Of a stretch of DNA of 64,000 nt, positions 12,960 to 26,766 are shown piece by piece. The position numbers were made by a program, and so were the translations under genes. The stretch is from Eledone cirrhosa (Eukaryota). Each line of letters begins with the position of its first letter. Position 1 is the stretch's first letter. Under the pieces are notes generated by a model. The model was not told the origin of the DNA, ran no database searches, and saw nothing but the letters and a program-made list of their open reading frames with translations. The stretch covers positions 178,250,001 to 178,314,000 of the forward strand of contig OZ024741.1 of assembly GCA_964016885.1 (NCBI GenBank), written 5' to 3'.

Positions 12960-15113
12960 TTCTACTAGAAAACAGGTCTCAGGTGGAGGATAGGGATACA
13001 ACCACTAGATTACCAGATATGGTGGTTAGTTGCCTTTTAAACGGGCACTTGTAGAACAAATAAGCAATTCGGTCCAACAACAATAAACTACTCGGGGAGA
13101 TAGAGCAATTTGTGACTATGATAAATCCTATGAAAACTTAGAGAACACAGCTGTGAGAAAATAACCTAATTGGAAACTGGTGTAAATAGGACAACTATAA
13201 CACTGAAATACGGTTAGTTGCAATAGCGGTATTCATACTTCACAGCAAGGAGTGGGGATACTTACAAGTCCCCGGCTTTGTTCTGGACTGGATACCATTA
13301 AGAGGAAGGATTTCCCTCTGGAAGCTTAGGCTGAAAGAGAGGTCTCGGTGGGTCGTACAATGTTATGAGCCAGAGAGTCTGAATACAGCTACTTCCTTTG
13401 TAAATGCACTGCAGCTTTAGCTGTAGATACGACTGAGTCATATATCTTAATGGGAGACAACAACGCCCTTGTCACATGCCACCTGACATGGAAATAAGTG
13501 ATTGGAAGGAATGGCGATCACGATCTTAATACGAATAGAAAGGATTTATTAGACTACTGTATTAATAATGGTTGCTCTGTTATGAACACTTTCTTCCAGC
13601 ACAAAGGCATCCATAAATAAACATCGAATAAGGAAAGTCGCAGCCACAGATAAATAATTGATATTGTTGCTGTCTTTGATATTTCCATTCTTTGCTGGAA
13701 ATTCGTTTTAAATGAGGGGCTGAGATGTCAACTGATCACCATCTAGTTATCTGTAATCTGAGTCTGCCTAAAGCCAAGGAAACGCACAAAACTGACAGTA
13801 ATAGGTTGACCGATAGGAAAAACTGCGTAGCCTTTGCTACTGCGGGTGAGAGTAGCTTGGGTGGTGTCGTGTAGTAAGAGGACCCCTTCGTTAACACAAG
13901 AATGCAAAGATGCTTTCATAGCAACGATGGGGGTTTACAAAGCTTTACTTGGAAATACATCCTCCATACGGTATAAGTATGTGTGAAAAGCTGCTGAATA
14001 GAATGTAAAGGCGCCCACATGAAGATGGGGTGGTAACCTGGAATCCTACTTCAGATCAGCAAATAAACTATTCTGGCAAACCATACGCCGGTTTCGTAAT
14101 AGGATGCCCCCTACACGCATGTTACCAGGAACGCATCAGGGCTTCATTTTTCGTCAGAGACGTGCATCCTCGTGATGAGGAGAGAATACATTGCTGATCT
14201 TCTAAACCTGGTCCTACAATATCTGATATAAATGAAGTCCATCTGGGAGCGATAACCAACCTCTCAGAAGCTGAGCTCATCGGAACAATTAAAGAGCTCA
14301 AATGTGCCAAGGCTTCTGGTGCAGTTGAGAATTTGCTCCAGATGTCAGAGGCCGTAAATAAAGAAGGTTTTCTCGAGTTGACTCGCGTGTGACGGGTGGG
14401 CCTCTGGATTCCTAGAAAGCTGCGTTAGTGATGACAAGCGGAAGTTGTACTGTCACTTTTCAAAACAAGATACAATCAAAATTGTCCTAATTATAGAATG
14501 ACATTCTTGTTAAGCCTCCTCGGTAAGGTCTATTCTGTCTGGTAATGAGATGTAGGGATATTGTAGAGTCCAAGCTAGCTGATGAACAGTGTTGCTTTCA
14601 CTCCGTACGCAGCACAGTCAAACAAATATTCATTTAGCGGCCGGTCTTTAAGAAATCATAACACTATTGCCAAGAAATTTATGTTTGTTTCATAAACCTC
14701 GATATGGCATATGACCACGTTTCACAGGATAAGTTGTGGAATGAACTGCAGGAGTATAGGACCGACTGACAGATTTTTACTGCTCTGATGTCTCTATATG
14801 AATGACATAGTATTTGTGTTCGGATAAATGTAACTAAGTCGAAAGTGTTCAATGTGAGTGACAGACTGCGTCAAAGAGTCTTCTGCCACCTCTCCTGTTC
14901 ATAATCTTCATGAACAGGATTTACATGCGCAGCCGGCTGGAAAGTGTTATAGAGACTGACGGGTGTATTTTCAGCCGGCTGGAACATGCATGCGATATAG
15001 TACAACTTAACTTATTGGGAGATGATCCCCGACATGCACTTGATATGTTTGATGTACAAGATGAATGAAAATCAGTGCTGCTAAGGCTGAGACGCTCTGT
15101 GTCGGTGTCCTGC
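12960..15113 (+). pseudogene. Decayed RTE-type LINE (APE and RT remnants)
   Basis: Remnants such as ILMGDNNALV, LLDYC..MNTFFQHK, STDHHLVI, NYRMTFLLSLLGKVY, LADEQCCF..RSTVKQIF, YDHVSQDKLW..LQEY, with many stops and frameshifts; 5' boundary approximate. Confidence 0.75.
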
Positions 15114-15158
15114 AAGAAGAAGAAGAAGAAGAAGAAGAAGAAGAAGAAGAAGAAGAAG

Positions 15159-15189
<31 letters not shown>

Positions 15190-15246
15190 GGAAGAAGAAG
15201 AAGAAGAAGAAGAAGAAGAAGAAGAATGAATGAATGAATGAATGAA
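15114..15246. repeat. (GAA)n followed by (GAAT)n microsatellite, at the 3' end of the decayed RTE
   Basis: Read directly. Confidence 0.95.
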
Positions 15247-16006
15247 TCTTGCAGCTGTTGCGATCAATACAATTGACAGCGTAACTGGTAAAAATTCATA
15301 CGTGCTTTTGTTACATGACACGAGCTGCAATTAAAGACTTGCAGCAATATAATACAAACATGCATCATTTGCTAAAAAGGAATTTAATCGAGTAAGAAGT
15401 ACCTTTAATAGTTTGTGAAATTAAAGAAATGTATACAATGTGTAATGGTATTTTTTCTCTTCGCATTTGGTAAAATAGTGATGCGTTAATTATATGGTGC
15501 ACATTCATGGTTTGGATTGAAAGACAATGAAGAGGGTGAAGTAAACTATGTCGAAAAGAAATCAAACGAAAGGTACGTATAGTATATATAGAGATAATAT
15601 GCACATCATTTTCAATAAATTCTATGAAAACATCTCCTTAACTTTTTAATGAAGGTCAATCTTGTCAGATATATCACCATTGGAAGGGGTGAAAATGACT
15701 TTTTAACAATTATGTTTATATATGAAACATATTAAGTATCGCCATATACATACTTATTTATAGGTTGTTACATTATCAATATATTGTTATGCATGGCGTA
15801 ATTATTTACATTTTTAATTAAAGGTTCTGCTCTTTTTAATTAATTCCTACAGCTTGGAAGGCAGAATTACGCGATTCCTGATGAATATCAAAATATAACA
15901 CTACTCACTTTGATCGTCATTCCATTCTAAGCCCTGTAGGAAAAATCAAGGATCTGAATTACACAGCATGTCTATATGTATGGTTATTGAACATGTTGTT
16001 TTGTCG

Positions 16007-16058
<52 letters not shown>

Positions 16059-16280
16059 CGTTTCTGAATTTGCTTAGCAAGATTCTTTATCTGAAATCGT
16101 GTGTTGAAACCGTATATATATATATATATATAAACAACTATCTGGTTGTGGAACCAACCAACCAACCAGAAATTTATAAATTTATAAATTTATTATAAAT
16201 TTATTATAATAATAAATTGAAGTGAAAGCAACTGGTGGGTGTGTTTCTTATTGGCAACATGACCCTCCCAAAGTATAACA

Positions 16281-16355
<75 letters not shown>

Positions 16356-16381
16356 TGTGCGTGCGTGTGTGTGTGTATTAT

Positions 16382-16700
16382 AAAACGGTCTTTTTCCATT
16401 TCGTATAGACGTGCTGCATCATCCACTTTTCTAAAAAAATAAATCGTACACAAAACGCAACCATCAACAGTTTTCAAAGAGATGTCCACATGAATGGACC
16501 TGATATTTTTATCTAAAGACATTTTTTTCCACTTACACCTCGGCCGTCCCTCCAATCTATCTTATTTCTCATTCTTTCTTCTGATGAAGGACTAGCGTCC
16601 GAAACGTTAAGACCCTCTTCCAGCTATTTCAAGCGTTAACCTAATATATTCCTTCCATATACTGTACCGATTATGTTGTTATTTCTATTTACCTTTTATA
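16382..16700 (+). mobile_element. Solo PLE pseudo-LTR-like unit (homologous to 63374-63595; decayed copy at ~44647-44712 on -)
   Basis: Shared aaaacggt..catcatccacttttctaaaaaa..aatctatcttatttctcattctttcttctgatgaaggactagcgtccgaaac. Confidence 0.7.
16577..16612 (+). ncRNA. Minimal type I hammerhead ribozyme
   Basis: tctt CTGATGA a ggac-tagc-gtcc GAAAC GTT aaga; stem I tctt/aaga, stem II ggac/gtcc, palindromic stem III ACGT. Confidence 0.8.
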
Positions 16701-16715
16701 TATATATATATAGAT

Positions 16716-16835
16716 ATAGGAAAATGTTTAACCCCGACGGCAGAGCTCAAGCTGTTTCGACGGCTATTTCTGGACTATTAGAAATAGCGGTCGAAACAGC
16801 TTGAGCTCTGTCGTCGGGGCTAAACATTTTCCTAT
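16716..16835. repeat. Fold-back hairpin carrying the 3' half of an HHR; partial copy at 61863-61920
   Basis: ataggaaaatgttta...gctatttct / agaaatagc..gtcGAAAcagcttgagctctGTCgtcgggg..cattttcctat. Confidence 0.8.
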
Positions 16836-16906
16836 TACCCACTTTACTATACTAGGTATTGAATACTCTGGTGCGTTTTGGTCCATTTGGTTTTGGTCCA
16901 TCTTCG

Positions 16907-16948
<42 letters not shown>

Positions 16949-17030
16949 GTTATTCCGGGTTGAATCGGAGGTAACCACAGTAAGTAAGGTACTCAATACA
17001 TAGCAGAGTATAACAGTTTTAATATAGATG

Positions 17031-17081
17031 AGATTCTACAGGACTAGAACTGTTTCATTCATTAGAAATCATCAGGAATCT
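17031..17081 (-). ncRNA. Type I hammerhead ribozyme (inverted pLTR)
   Basis: Exact reverse complement of 20171-20221. Confidence 0.8.
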
Positions 17082-17687
17082 GGGTATCAAAAAATAAATA
17101 TGGTATTTATAGGTCTCTACAGGTGGTAGGAGAGGGTGGGGAGTGGGATGGGTGCAGGTCATTGGTTGATAGAAAAGGGAATTCATTAAAAGCTAATTCT
17201 ACAAAGCTATAGTTAATTTTTATTTTTATTTATATTTATATTTATTTATGTTTTTAGAGTAACAAAGGCAGACAGAATTCTATAAACAGGTTCCGGATGG
17301 CATACCATTCCTTGTCAATAAGTTTCTCTTAAGCTAACAGATGTCTATAAAATCAGTGGGGGGTCAGTCATGCTCGATAGAATTAAAGAAAAGGGAGATT
17401 CTTTAAAACCTAAAGTCATTAAGGTTCTACTAAGTGACAAAGGTCTAGAGAATTCTGCAGACAGATTCAAAATACTAAGTGTATATCTTACTATTATCTT
17501 CGAACTTCTCTTAAACTAATCAACAATATGCCAAAATCAACAGACACATTCACAAAAAAACAAAAAAACAAAAAAACAAAAAACAGATAAACAAAAAAAC
17601 ACACATACTCACTCACACACTTACGCGCAACCATAAACACACACACAAACACATATACACGCATAAAGACACACAGAGAGTGCGCTG

Positions 17688-19016
17688 ACTGAGACAAACG
17701 CGGCCGGAAAAGAAATCGCCAAGTCCCTTAAATTACATGACCGAACCGAACCTTTAAGGGTAAAGACCCCGCACTTTACCCTGAAGGACCATAAGGGAAA
17801 TTTCCTCAACAAACCATCAGTCAGACTTATCAACCCCACTCGTTCTGACATCGGCTCTATCAGTAAGAAGATCCTGGATAGAGTTCTACCATTATTGCGG
17901 GCAGCCTCACCACTTCCACTCTGGAGTAGAACATCTGAGGCAATATCATGGTTCCAAGAATTACCCGATAAACACCACACTCGCTTCCTGCAACTCGACA
18001 TAGAAAACTATTATGCCTCTATCTCGGAGCCCCTCCTGAAGGACGCAATTAACTTTGCCAGGAATTTTACCACCATTACCGATGCCGAGCAAGTTATTAT
18101 CCTCCACGCTCGTAAGACCTTTCTATACCACGATGGATCTTACTGGATCAACAAGAAATCTCAGACCCCATTTGACGTTAGCATGGGGGCGAGTGACTCG
18201 GCTGAAATTAGCGACCTTGTGGGCCTATACATCCTACATAACCTGAAGAACCTCTTTACCGGCCTAACTGGAGGTTTATACCGAGACGACGGCCTCTTCG
18301 CCCTGCATAAGGTTAGCCCCAGAACCACCGATGGGTTTCGGAAAAACTTAAGCTCTTTCTTCTCTAATCTAGGATTTAGTATAACTATAGATTCTAATTT
18401 GACTAGGGCCAACTTCTTAGATGTCACTCTCGACCTAGATACTTCCCTCTATTACCCGTACCACAAACCTAACGAGTCCCTTAAATATATTAATGTTAAT
18501 TCAAACCACCCCCAAAACATTACTGATAACCTAGTAAAAAGCGTCTCTATTAGAATATCTGGCCTCTCCGCCAACAAAGATATTTTTAATGCATCTGCCT
18601 CCTACTACAATGACGCCCTAGCCCGTAGCGGATTTAAAGATAAGATAACTTACCTAGAAACCACCGCAAAATTGCAGAGGAGGAATAGACATAGGCTGAT
18701 TAGCTGGTACAACCCTCCCTTCAATAGAGAGGTATCTACTCCGATAGCTAGGATTTTCTTCACTTTACTGAAATTACACTTCCCCATACAACATAGGTAC
18801 TACACCATCTTTAATAAGAACACTATAAGACTGTCTTACTCCACCACACCTAACCTAGCTAGGAATATAGCCAACCACAACTCTAAACTAAATAAGCCAA
18901 CCACCTCCGAAACCAATCCCCGGACTGGGGCTCTATGTAATTGCCTAAATAAGGAAGCATGCCCACTTTTTTTCCCAATATCACACATCAATCTAAAACC
19001 ACTTTTCATATGTTGA
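17688..19016 (+). CDS. PLE reverse transcriptase, 5'-truncated and ending at the start of the GIY-YIG region
   Basis: Open frame TLKDHKGNFLNKPSVRLINPTRSDIG..FLQLDIENYYASI..FDVSMGASDSAEISDLVGLY..GLYRDDGL..NFLDVTLDL..SNHP..WYNPPF..CNCLNKEACPL; homology is lost after ~18968. Confidence 0.9.
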   Translation, partial: TETNAAGKEIAKSLKLHDRTEPLRVKTPHFTLKDHKGNFLNKPSVRLINPTRSDIGSISKKILDRVLPLLRAASPLPLWSRTSEAISWFQELPDKHHTRFLQLDIENYYASISEPLLKDAINFARNFTTITDAEQVIILHARKTFLYHDGSYWINKKSQTPFDVSMGASDSAEISDLVGLYILHNLKNLFTGLTGGLYRDDGLFALHKVSPRTTDGFRKNLSSFFSNLGFSITIDSNLTRANFLDVTLDLDTSLYYPYHKPNESLKYINVNSNHPQNITDNLVKSVSIRISGLSANKDIFNASASYYNDALARSGFKDKITYLETTAKLQRRNRHRLISWYNPPFNREVSTPIARIFFTLLKLHFPIQHRYYTIFNKNTIRLSYSTTPNLARNIANHNSKLNKPTTSETNPRTGALCNCLNKEACPLFFPISHINLKPLFIC

Positions 19017-19071
19017 TTTAAAACTGCACTATCAACAAGTGTTTTTGTAGCCTTCATATCATGTTCTCCTG

Positions 19072-19138
19072 TTTTATCTGATGAAAACACAAATATTATT
19101 GTTTGATGATGTTTGTTTTTGAAATGCGCATAATAAAA
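19072..19138 (+). ncRNA. Type I HHR-like motif of the 62.4-62.9 kb family
   Basis: ttttat CTGATGA aaac...gttttt GAAAtgcgcATA ataaaa; palindromic stem III atgcgcat. Confidence 0.65.
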
Positions 19139-19175
19139 TATATTGAACTCCTTTAACCATCTTTTGATCTTATAT

Positions 19176-19214
<39 letters not shown>

Positions 19215-19251
19215 ATGTATGTGTATGTGTGTGTGTATCTGTGTGTGTGTG

Positions 19252-19372
<121 letters not shown>

Positions 19373-19381
19373 GTGTATGTG

Positions 19382-19438
<57 letters not shown>

Positions 19439-20170
19439 GTATATATGTATATGTATGTGTATATGTTTTATATATGTATGTATGTATGTGTGTATGTATG
19501 TGTGTGTACATGAATATATATTTATATATATTTATATATTTTTTTATATATATGTGTGTGTCTTTATGTGTGTATATGTGTTTGTGTGTGTGTTTATGGT
19601 TGCGCATAAGTGTGTGAGTGAGTATGTGTGTTTTTTTGTTTTTTATGTGTGTTTTTTTGTTTTTCTGTTTTTTTGTTTTTTTGTTTTTTTGTTTTTTTGT
19701 GAATGTGTCTGTTGATTTTGGCATATTGTTGATTAGTTTAAGAGAAGTTCGAAGATAATAGTAAGATATACACTTAGTATTTTGAATCTGTCTGCAGAAT
19801 TCTCTAGACCTTTGTCACTTAGTAGAACCTTAATGACTTTAGCTTTTAAAGAATCTCCCTTTTCTTTAATTCTATCGAGCATGACTGACCCCCCACTGAT
19901 TTTATAGACATCTGTTAGCTTAAGAGAAACTTATTGACAAGGAATGGTATGCCATCCGGAACCTGTTTATAGAATTCTGTCTGCCTTTGTTACTCTAAAA
20001 ACATAAATAAATATAAATATAAATAAAAATAAAAATTAACTATAGCTTTGTAGAATTAGCTTTTAATGAATTCCCTTTTCTATCAACCAATGACCTGCAC
20101 CCATCCCACTCCCCACCCTCTCCTACCACCTGTAGAGACCTATAAATACCATATTTATTTTTTGATACCC

Positions 20171-20221
20171 AGATTCCTGATGATTTCTAATGAATGAAAC
20201 AGTTCTAGTCCTGTAGAATCT
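20171..20221 (+). ncRNA. Type I hammerhead ribozyme with full stem III in the sense 3' pLTR
   Basis: agattc CTGATGA tttc-taat-gaat GAAAcag-ttctagtc-ctGTA gaatct; predicted cleavage after 20215. Confidence 0.82.
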
Positions 20222-20677
20222 CATCTATATTAAAAATATATATATATATATATATATAACGAAGGAGGTGTGGTAAGGAACCAGATGGACCATATATTTA
20301 TATATATAGTGTGTGTATCTATGTGTGTATCTGTGTGTGTGGATATATATATATATATATATATAATGTGCAATATGCAATAACTTATACCTGCTCTACT
20401 TTGAAATCAAATTATAGTCGTCTATATGTATACTGCTTAACTAAAATATGACTAATTAAGCAAAATATTCCCTCTCTTTTATTTCCCCCAACGAACGTTT
20501 CCAAGGCTTTCAGACAGAACTCAAAAATATTTTCTCCTTCGAGGTATATATATATCATATTTGGTTTTATTAAACTTGTTTCTTATCTAATAACCATTTT
20601 TATCGAATATTTGATTAATGAGAGTAATTCATTTATTACTCTAGGTGATGCTGATTTCAATATATTTATATAGAACA

Positions 20678-21978
20678 CTAGCAGTGGTACCCGGCCTTCC
20701 ACGGAATAAGGTATTTTAGAATGCGGGCCGCCAACAGACCTCATCCTGGAAAAACTGCATGCCTCGACAATATGTAAAGAAAATAAACCGAATATTGTGA
20801 TGGCTGGGTAATCTTTTAAGATTTTCCTCGGTGAAGCAGGAAAAATGCAGGTTTCCACCTAATACGAGCCCTTAGAATTTTTTTTATGTGCATAATATAC
20901 CTTGAAATTTTAGGAAAATCGGCTAGACGTAATGCCTAAAAAAAGCCCTAAAAAGCAAAAAAAATGAGGTTTTTCACCTAATGCGGGCCTTAATCCATAA
21001 AAAGTTGGATTTTATGTGCTCACGATATGAAGAAGAGACTGACTAATACATAGTTACAATTTTAAGGAAATCGGTCTGACTTAATGCCTCAAAATACCCC
21101 TAAAAAGCTGAAAAAAACGCAGTTTTTCAACTAGGGGTCAAAAGTTGAATTATGTGAATAACACTCCCCGAGTAACTTTTGTTCTCGTAAAGGCACGTAA
21201 GTAAGCAACACTGTGAAAACTGAATCTATTATAGCGATGTTTTTCTTTACCGGCTTTAATGTTTAGTGTTGTGTGAAATATATAACCTGCAAACCTGATT
21301 TTTGAATCGCAGCAGGATCGACTTTATTTCACTCGCTCCACTAAAAGTTGTATTTTCTTTGCTCACGGTATGAAGAAGAGACTGACTAATACATAGTTAC
21401 CGGCTTTCATTTTTAGTATTGTGTGAAATATATAACCGCCTTAGCTAAGCTTAGTATTGCTACAACCACGGCTGGCAAAGCAGTAAGTGTCTGGCGGTAC
21501 GTAACTAAGCAACACTGAGGCTTAAAACGTGAGGAAGAAATTGTGTGCACTTACCAACTGTTTGGGGAATGAGTGTAAGATGTGTCTTGAGCAAGGGTGG
21601 CAGAATAACCGGAGGCAGTAGACAGCCAGACATACATACAGATATTATAAGGGCGCGTTCTGGATGCAGACGGAATTGTGGGAAGTGACGTAATGCAGAC
21701 AGCCAGACATACAGACAGATATTATAAGGGCGCAACGTTATATGTATGTATCTATCTAAAATAAGAAAGACTAAGAATTATAGAGAGAGATCACTAAATC
21801 GCCTAATGCGGTCGCTAGGGCATTGAGACTTTGAAATTTCTTTTGCTCAGAACACTCCCTGAAACATAAGTATTGCATGTGTAAAGTTTGAAAACAGTCG
21901 GCTTGGTGCTTCTCGAGGTTCAGAGATTCAAACTCACACACACACACAGACAGACATCCTCAGTTTTATATATATAGA
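20678..21978 (-). mobile_element. Non-autonomous Helitron
   Basis: Minus strand begins A|TCtatatatataaaactgaggatgtctgtctgtgtg and ends ccgtggaaggccgggtaccactgCTAG|T; internal duplicated segments. Confidence 0.8.
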
Positions 21979-22675
21979 TTACACGTATCTGATAGTTCAT
22001 ATGTAATCTATTTTATTTTATTTTCACGTAGCAGTTCGATCTTGTTTCAAACTATATACGAGTATTTCATTTGGGATGATTTAACGACGGAATGCAGCAT
22101 TGGGTAGTCTAGAAAAAGTATAGCGTAGTTTCAATATAACATCGACTATTCTGGCTACAGCGTAGCCAAGTTTGCAAACGATATGGGTACAGCATAGACA
22201 ATTTTAAATAAAATTATTCTGCAAAATCTGCCCTAATTCAGTGACATTGAGAGGTTTATTTCTCTATTTAACCCCCACCCTACAATGATGTCTTCTATTT
22301 TTACATAAAAATCAACCACTCTTTATCCGTCCGTAATTCAGGTACTCATACGGGTCCATCCACTTTGCTCACCTCACCATAGCTAATCGACGTTCAGTGT
22401 CAAACTTAGAGATCATTCATTCATTTAACGTGGTCACTATTTAGTTTGACCGTATCTTTATGGCAGACATATCAAACAGCGCCCTCTATTCTAAAATGAA
22501 TCTAGGAGACTATCTTTGTAAGAACCATTACTTTAATAACACACAAGCCGAAACCACTTGGTGCCGTGGTCGGGTTTTTACATATCTCTATACCCACTCT
22601 GCATCGAGTACTCCCATGATTAATGGTTTTCCAAGTCTCAGCACCACACACACACACTCTCTCTCCCTCTCTCAC

Positions 22676-22812
22676 ACATATATATAGAGAGAAAGGTGAT
22701 AGAGAGACATATATATAGAGAGAAAGGTGATAGAGAGACATATATATAGAGAGAAAGGTGATAGAGACACATATATATAGAGAGAAAGGTGATAGAGAGA
22801 GAAAGGTGATAT
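22676..22812. repeat. ~31-bp minisatellite (catatatatagagagaaaggtgatagagaga)n
   Basis: About four copies read directly. Confidence 0.9.
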
Positions 22813-23155
22813 AGAAATAGAAAATGTATACAAGGTATCCCAAAAAATTGTATACACAATTCAACAGTATTCTAATAAATATTGCCCGTACAGGTAAGCA
22901 AAATGTGTATACATTTTGGGGGACTATAAATCTGAAAGTTTCCACAATGTACCACCATGGTTCAATAAAAGGAAAGAAAGACATACTCCTAAAAAGAGTT
23001 AAACGTAGCTAGATAAACGACTGATAGGCATGCAAATTTCCCCTTTTCCCATCTCAATCGAAAAGCTTGGGTCACACCGAGACAATGGTGAACGCCGCTT
23101 GCACAAGATTCCACAGACGCAGATTAAATTCAGATACTGAGGATTGTAAATCGAT

Positions 23156-23193
<38 letters not shown>

Positions 23194-23195
<2 letters not shown>

Positions 23196-24905
23196 CGATA
23201 TTAATAAATGGAAACTATATTTATAAAAACCATATTTATTTCATTATACATATTTCAGGGATACCAAATTAAATTATGGTATGCCTTCATCAGACAAAAT
23301 ACAATATATAACAGTTTTACAAATAAGCTTTGACGTACTCTATTAAAATGCAACCATTATTTTTGGAAGCCATCCGGATAGTGAGTTGTTTATATTATTT
23401 TAATAAGTCATAGTGTTAAGGACAATTAGAAAAAGACGGAGAGAAAGAAAAAGACGGAGAGAGAGAAAGAAAAAAGGTGGAGAAGTATCAGAGAGAGAGA
23501 GATGCATGGAGAAAAAAGAAAGAGATAAATTATAGACAGGAGGAAAGAAAGAAAAAAGGAAGAAATAAGAAATAAGAAAAACAGAGTAAAGGAACAGAGA
23601 GATATTAAGTCAACAGACAGATAGGAAAACTCAAGAGAGAGAAATATTATATAGAGAGAGGGGGAAATAATGAAAATTTTACGTCATGTCATATTAAGTT
23701 GAGTTAACAATTTATATGAAATGAATAATAAAAATATAAATATTAATATTCATGAATGGGACATAAATATATATGAGAAATTAAACTATGTTCAATAATG
23801 ACTACATGTTTAGTTTAAAAACTTGAGATCAATATACCAAAATTTGGGTTTAATCAAAAACCAAAATACTAGAGAAATCAGTATCTTAGGCAAAGACACA
23901 CAAATACATATATATATATACATACGCGCGTCCTGAAATTATATTTACTAAAGTCAACAATATAGACATATAAAACGCAGACGATTTCTCTTAATCACTG
24001 CTGTACATTCCTTGTGTTATGAAAAAGTTCACAGTATATATATACATAAATATATACGATTAACATTCCTGTCTTCATATATACGATTACCATTCATGCA
24101 TTTAACATTCTGTTAAAATTATGCATATCTGCAATCAAAACTGCGTGGTTAAGCAACATATCTCTTACCCACACACATAGATATACATATATATATATAC
24201 ACATATATATGTATAAATAAATATTTGCGTGCGTCTTCCCGCATCGCTCATGTATACATAGACACATATACAATCATAAAAAACCTATAACACTTTTATA
24301 TGCATGTTAATACACATACACGTTTGTATAGAGATAATCAAATATCAATATATTACTAAGGATTATACTTTGGAAATATAATTATAACAATATAAATTTA
24401 AAATACCAAAGGATTACATTTTGGAAATACAATTATATTAGTATAGTCAAAAGGAAAAACGAATTCTAGAAATATCAAAGCATTAAATATGTTTAAAACA
24501 CTATAGAGTATCTTAAGTTAGAATAATATGTTTCATATATTTAGTATAGAAATTTATCCTACGTATATTTCAATCTAGATATTGAAAGGGTAGACTTATG
24601 AGAATTAAGAGAAGCTATCAGAATCAAAACAAAACTAATTGTCCTTAACACTATGACTTATGAAAATAATATAAACAACTCACTATCCGGATGGCTTCCA
24701 AAAATAATGGTTGCATTTTAATAGGGTACGTCAAAGCTTATTTGTAAAACTGTTATATATTGTATTTTGTCTGATGAAGGCATACCATAATTTAAGTTGG
24801 TATCCCTGAAATATGTATAATGAAATAAATATGGTTTTATAAATATAGTTTCCATTTATTAATATCGTATATCTACTCCAAATACTTGTCGAGTGCTTTA
24901 TATCA
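23194..24905 (+). mobile_element. PLE remnant with inverted pLTR arms (23194-23429 vs 24635-24870)
   Basis: Near-identical inverted arms, each with an HHR-like core; ELREAIRIKTK just before the right arm resembles a GIY-YIG C-terminus. Confidence 0.7.
24765..24823 (+). ncRNA. HHR-like motif (mirror at 23241-23299 on -; relative at ~53340-53385)
   Basis: CTGATGA agg-catacca...tggtat-ccct GAAAtatGTA; good stem II, weak stem I. Confidence 0.5.
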
Positions 24906-25024
24906 GTTATAAAAATATTTACTTGTTGTATCCCAACAATTTTAAATAGAACTTTTGCATATATATATATAAATATATATATAAAATAAAGTTAAATAAA
25001 AAGTCAAATGTAGCTTCGTTTATT

Positions 25025-25079
25025 ACTGCTATATATATTTCAGTCACAGCCATCTTTGGCTGTGACCTCTTCAGGCAGT
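25025..25079 (-). ncRNA. Type I hammerhead ribozyme
   Basis: Reverse complement: actgc CTGAAGA ggtcacagcc-aaagat-ggctgtgact GAAAtatatATA gcagt; 5-bp stem I, 10-bp stem II. Confidence 0.82.
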
Positions 25080-25095
25080 TTGAATTAGTGTGGTA

Positions 25096-25264
25096 TAGAC
25101 AAGTACATATGTTGATGAGGTGTATAATTTTGTCAATACTCTGATATGCCCAGTTCCTGGTATTCACTGAGGCAGTTCCTCAGTGAAATAACAACCCAAC
25201 CAGGAACTGGGCATATCAGAGTATTGACAAAATTATACACCTCATCAACATATGTACTTGTCTA
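25096..25264. repeat. Perfect ~66-bp inverted repeat with a nested inner hairpin
   Basis: tagacaagtacatatg...cagttcctggt / accaggaactg...catatgtacttgtcta; inner ttcactgagg-cagtt-cctcagtgaa. Confidence 0.9.
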
Positions 25265-25280
25265 CTACGTTTATTACTGC

Positions 25281-25794
<514 letters not shown>

Positions 25795-25799
<5 letters not shown>

Positions 25800-26183
25800 G
25801 TTAATTAAATTAAATTGAGGGAGTCATGTCCGAGACATGCGCCATATCCTCCGTAGAATAAGCTCAAAGATTCCAATGAATAGATCCAAACATTTTATAT
25901 CAACTAGAAATTGATTGACGTATATATATTAAAATAAACACATGAAACAATCACAGTGGATAGTTTGTAAAGTGTGTAATCACACATAGTTATGTAGGTA
26001 ACTAATTAAAGTTTAACTAGAGCTTAATTAATCATGTTTTAAAAAGGTAATATTTGAAGCTCTAGTTAAACTTTAATTAGTTACCTACATAACTATGTGT
26101 GATTACACACTTTACAAATTACCCTCTGTGATTGTTTCATGTGTTTATTTTAATATATACACGTCAATTAATTTCTAGTTGGT
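25795..26183 (-). mobile_element. Fold-back pLTR 3' end (same family as 51608-51915)
   Basis: Arms ~25902-26030 vs ~26058-26181; tail catgcgccatatc..aataagctc matches the reverse complement of 51820-51870. Confidence 0.65.
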
Positions 26184-26186
26184 ATA

Positions 26187-26218
<32 letters not shown>

Positions 26219-26547
26219 ACGGCGATGAATTTGTTTTGCAAGGATTTTTTTAGATGAAATCGTATGTCGAAACAAATATTGTTATACTTGGGGAGGGTCA
26301 TATTGTTGTAATAATATTGCCAGAAATAATAACGGAACACACTCACTGTTTGGTTGGTTTTCGCTTCTGTACCTTTTATATCTCCATAGTTAATTCATTT
26401 GGCCATCAATGTTTATCATTGATTGACCAACGGTCAAAAATACAGACAAATATAAATACATACATATAGTCTAACATAGTTCTTTCGCATCTGCAACATC
26501 ATCAGGGGCACTATTATGTTTCCTCTCGTTGCATTGTATGTCTACCT

Positions 26548-26593
<46 letters not shown>

Positions 26594-26766
26594 AGGTGCA
26601 TTATCGGTTCTGTAAAATGGTCCAATAACTTTATGTTAGCAATATTAAGTTCTCCACGCTTTTGTATATCTCCAATTCCATTCGAGGCAACAGCTAGATG
26701 ATGTAAAACGGAGTATAAGTATCAAAATGAAAATCCGAAGGCAAGGTAAAATTCCAATCATTTAAT

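Noticed and set aside
15870-15950. gattcCTGATGAatatc HHR-like start
   Set aside because: No GAAA at the expected position; at best a decayed copy
26465-26515. Minus-strand CTGATGA..GCGAAA motif
   Set aside because: Stem II does not pair and stem I is offset
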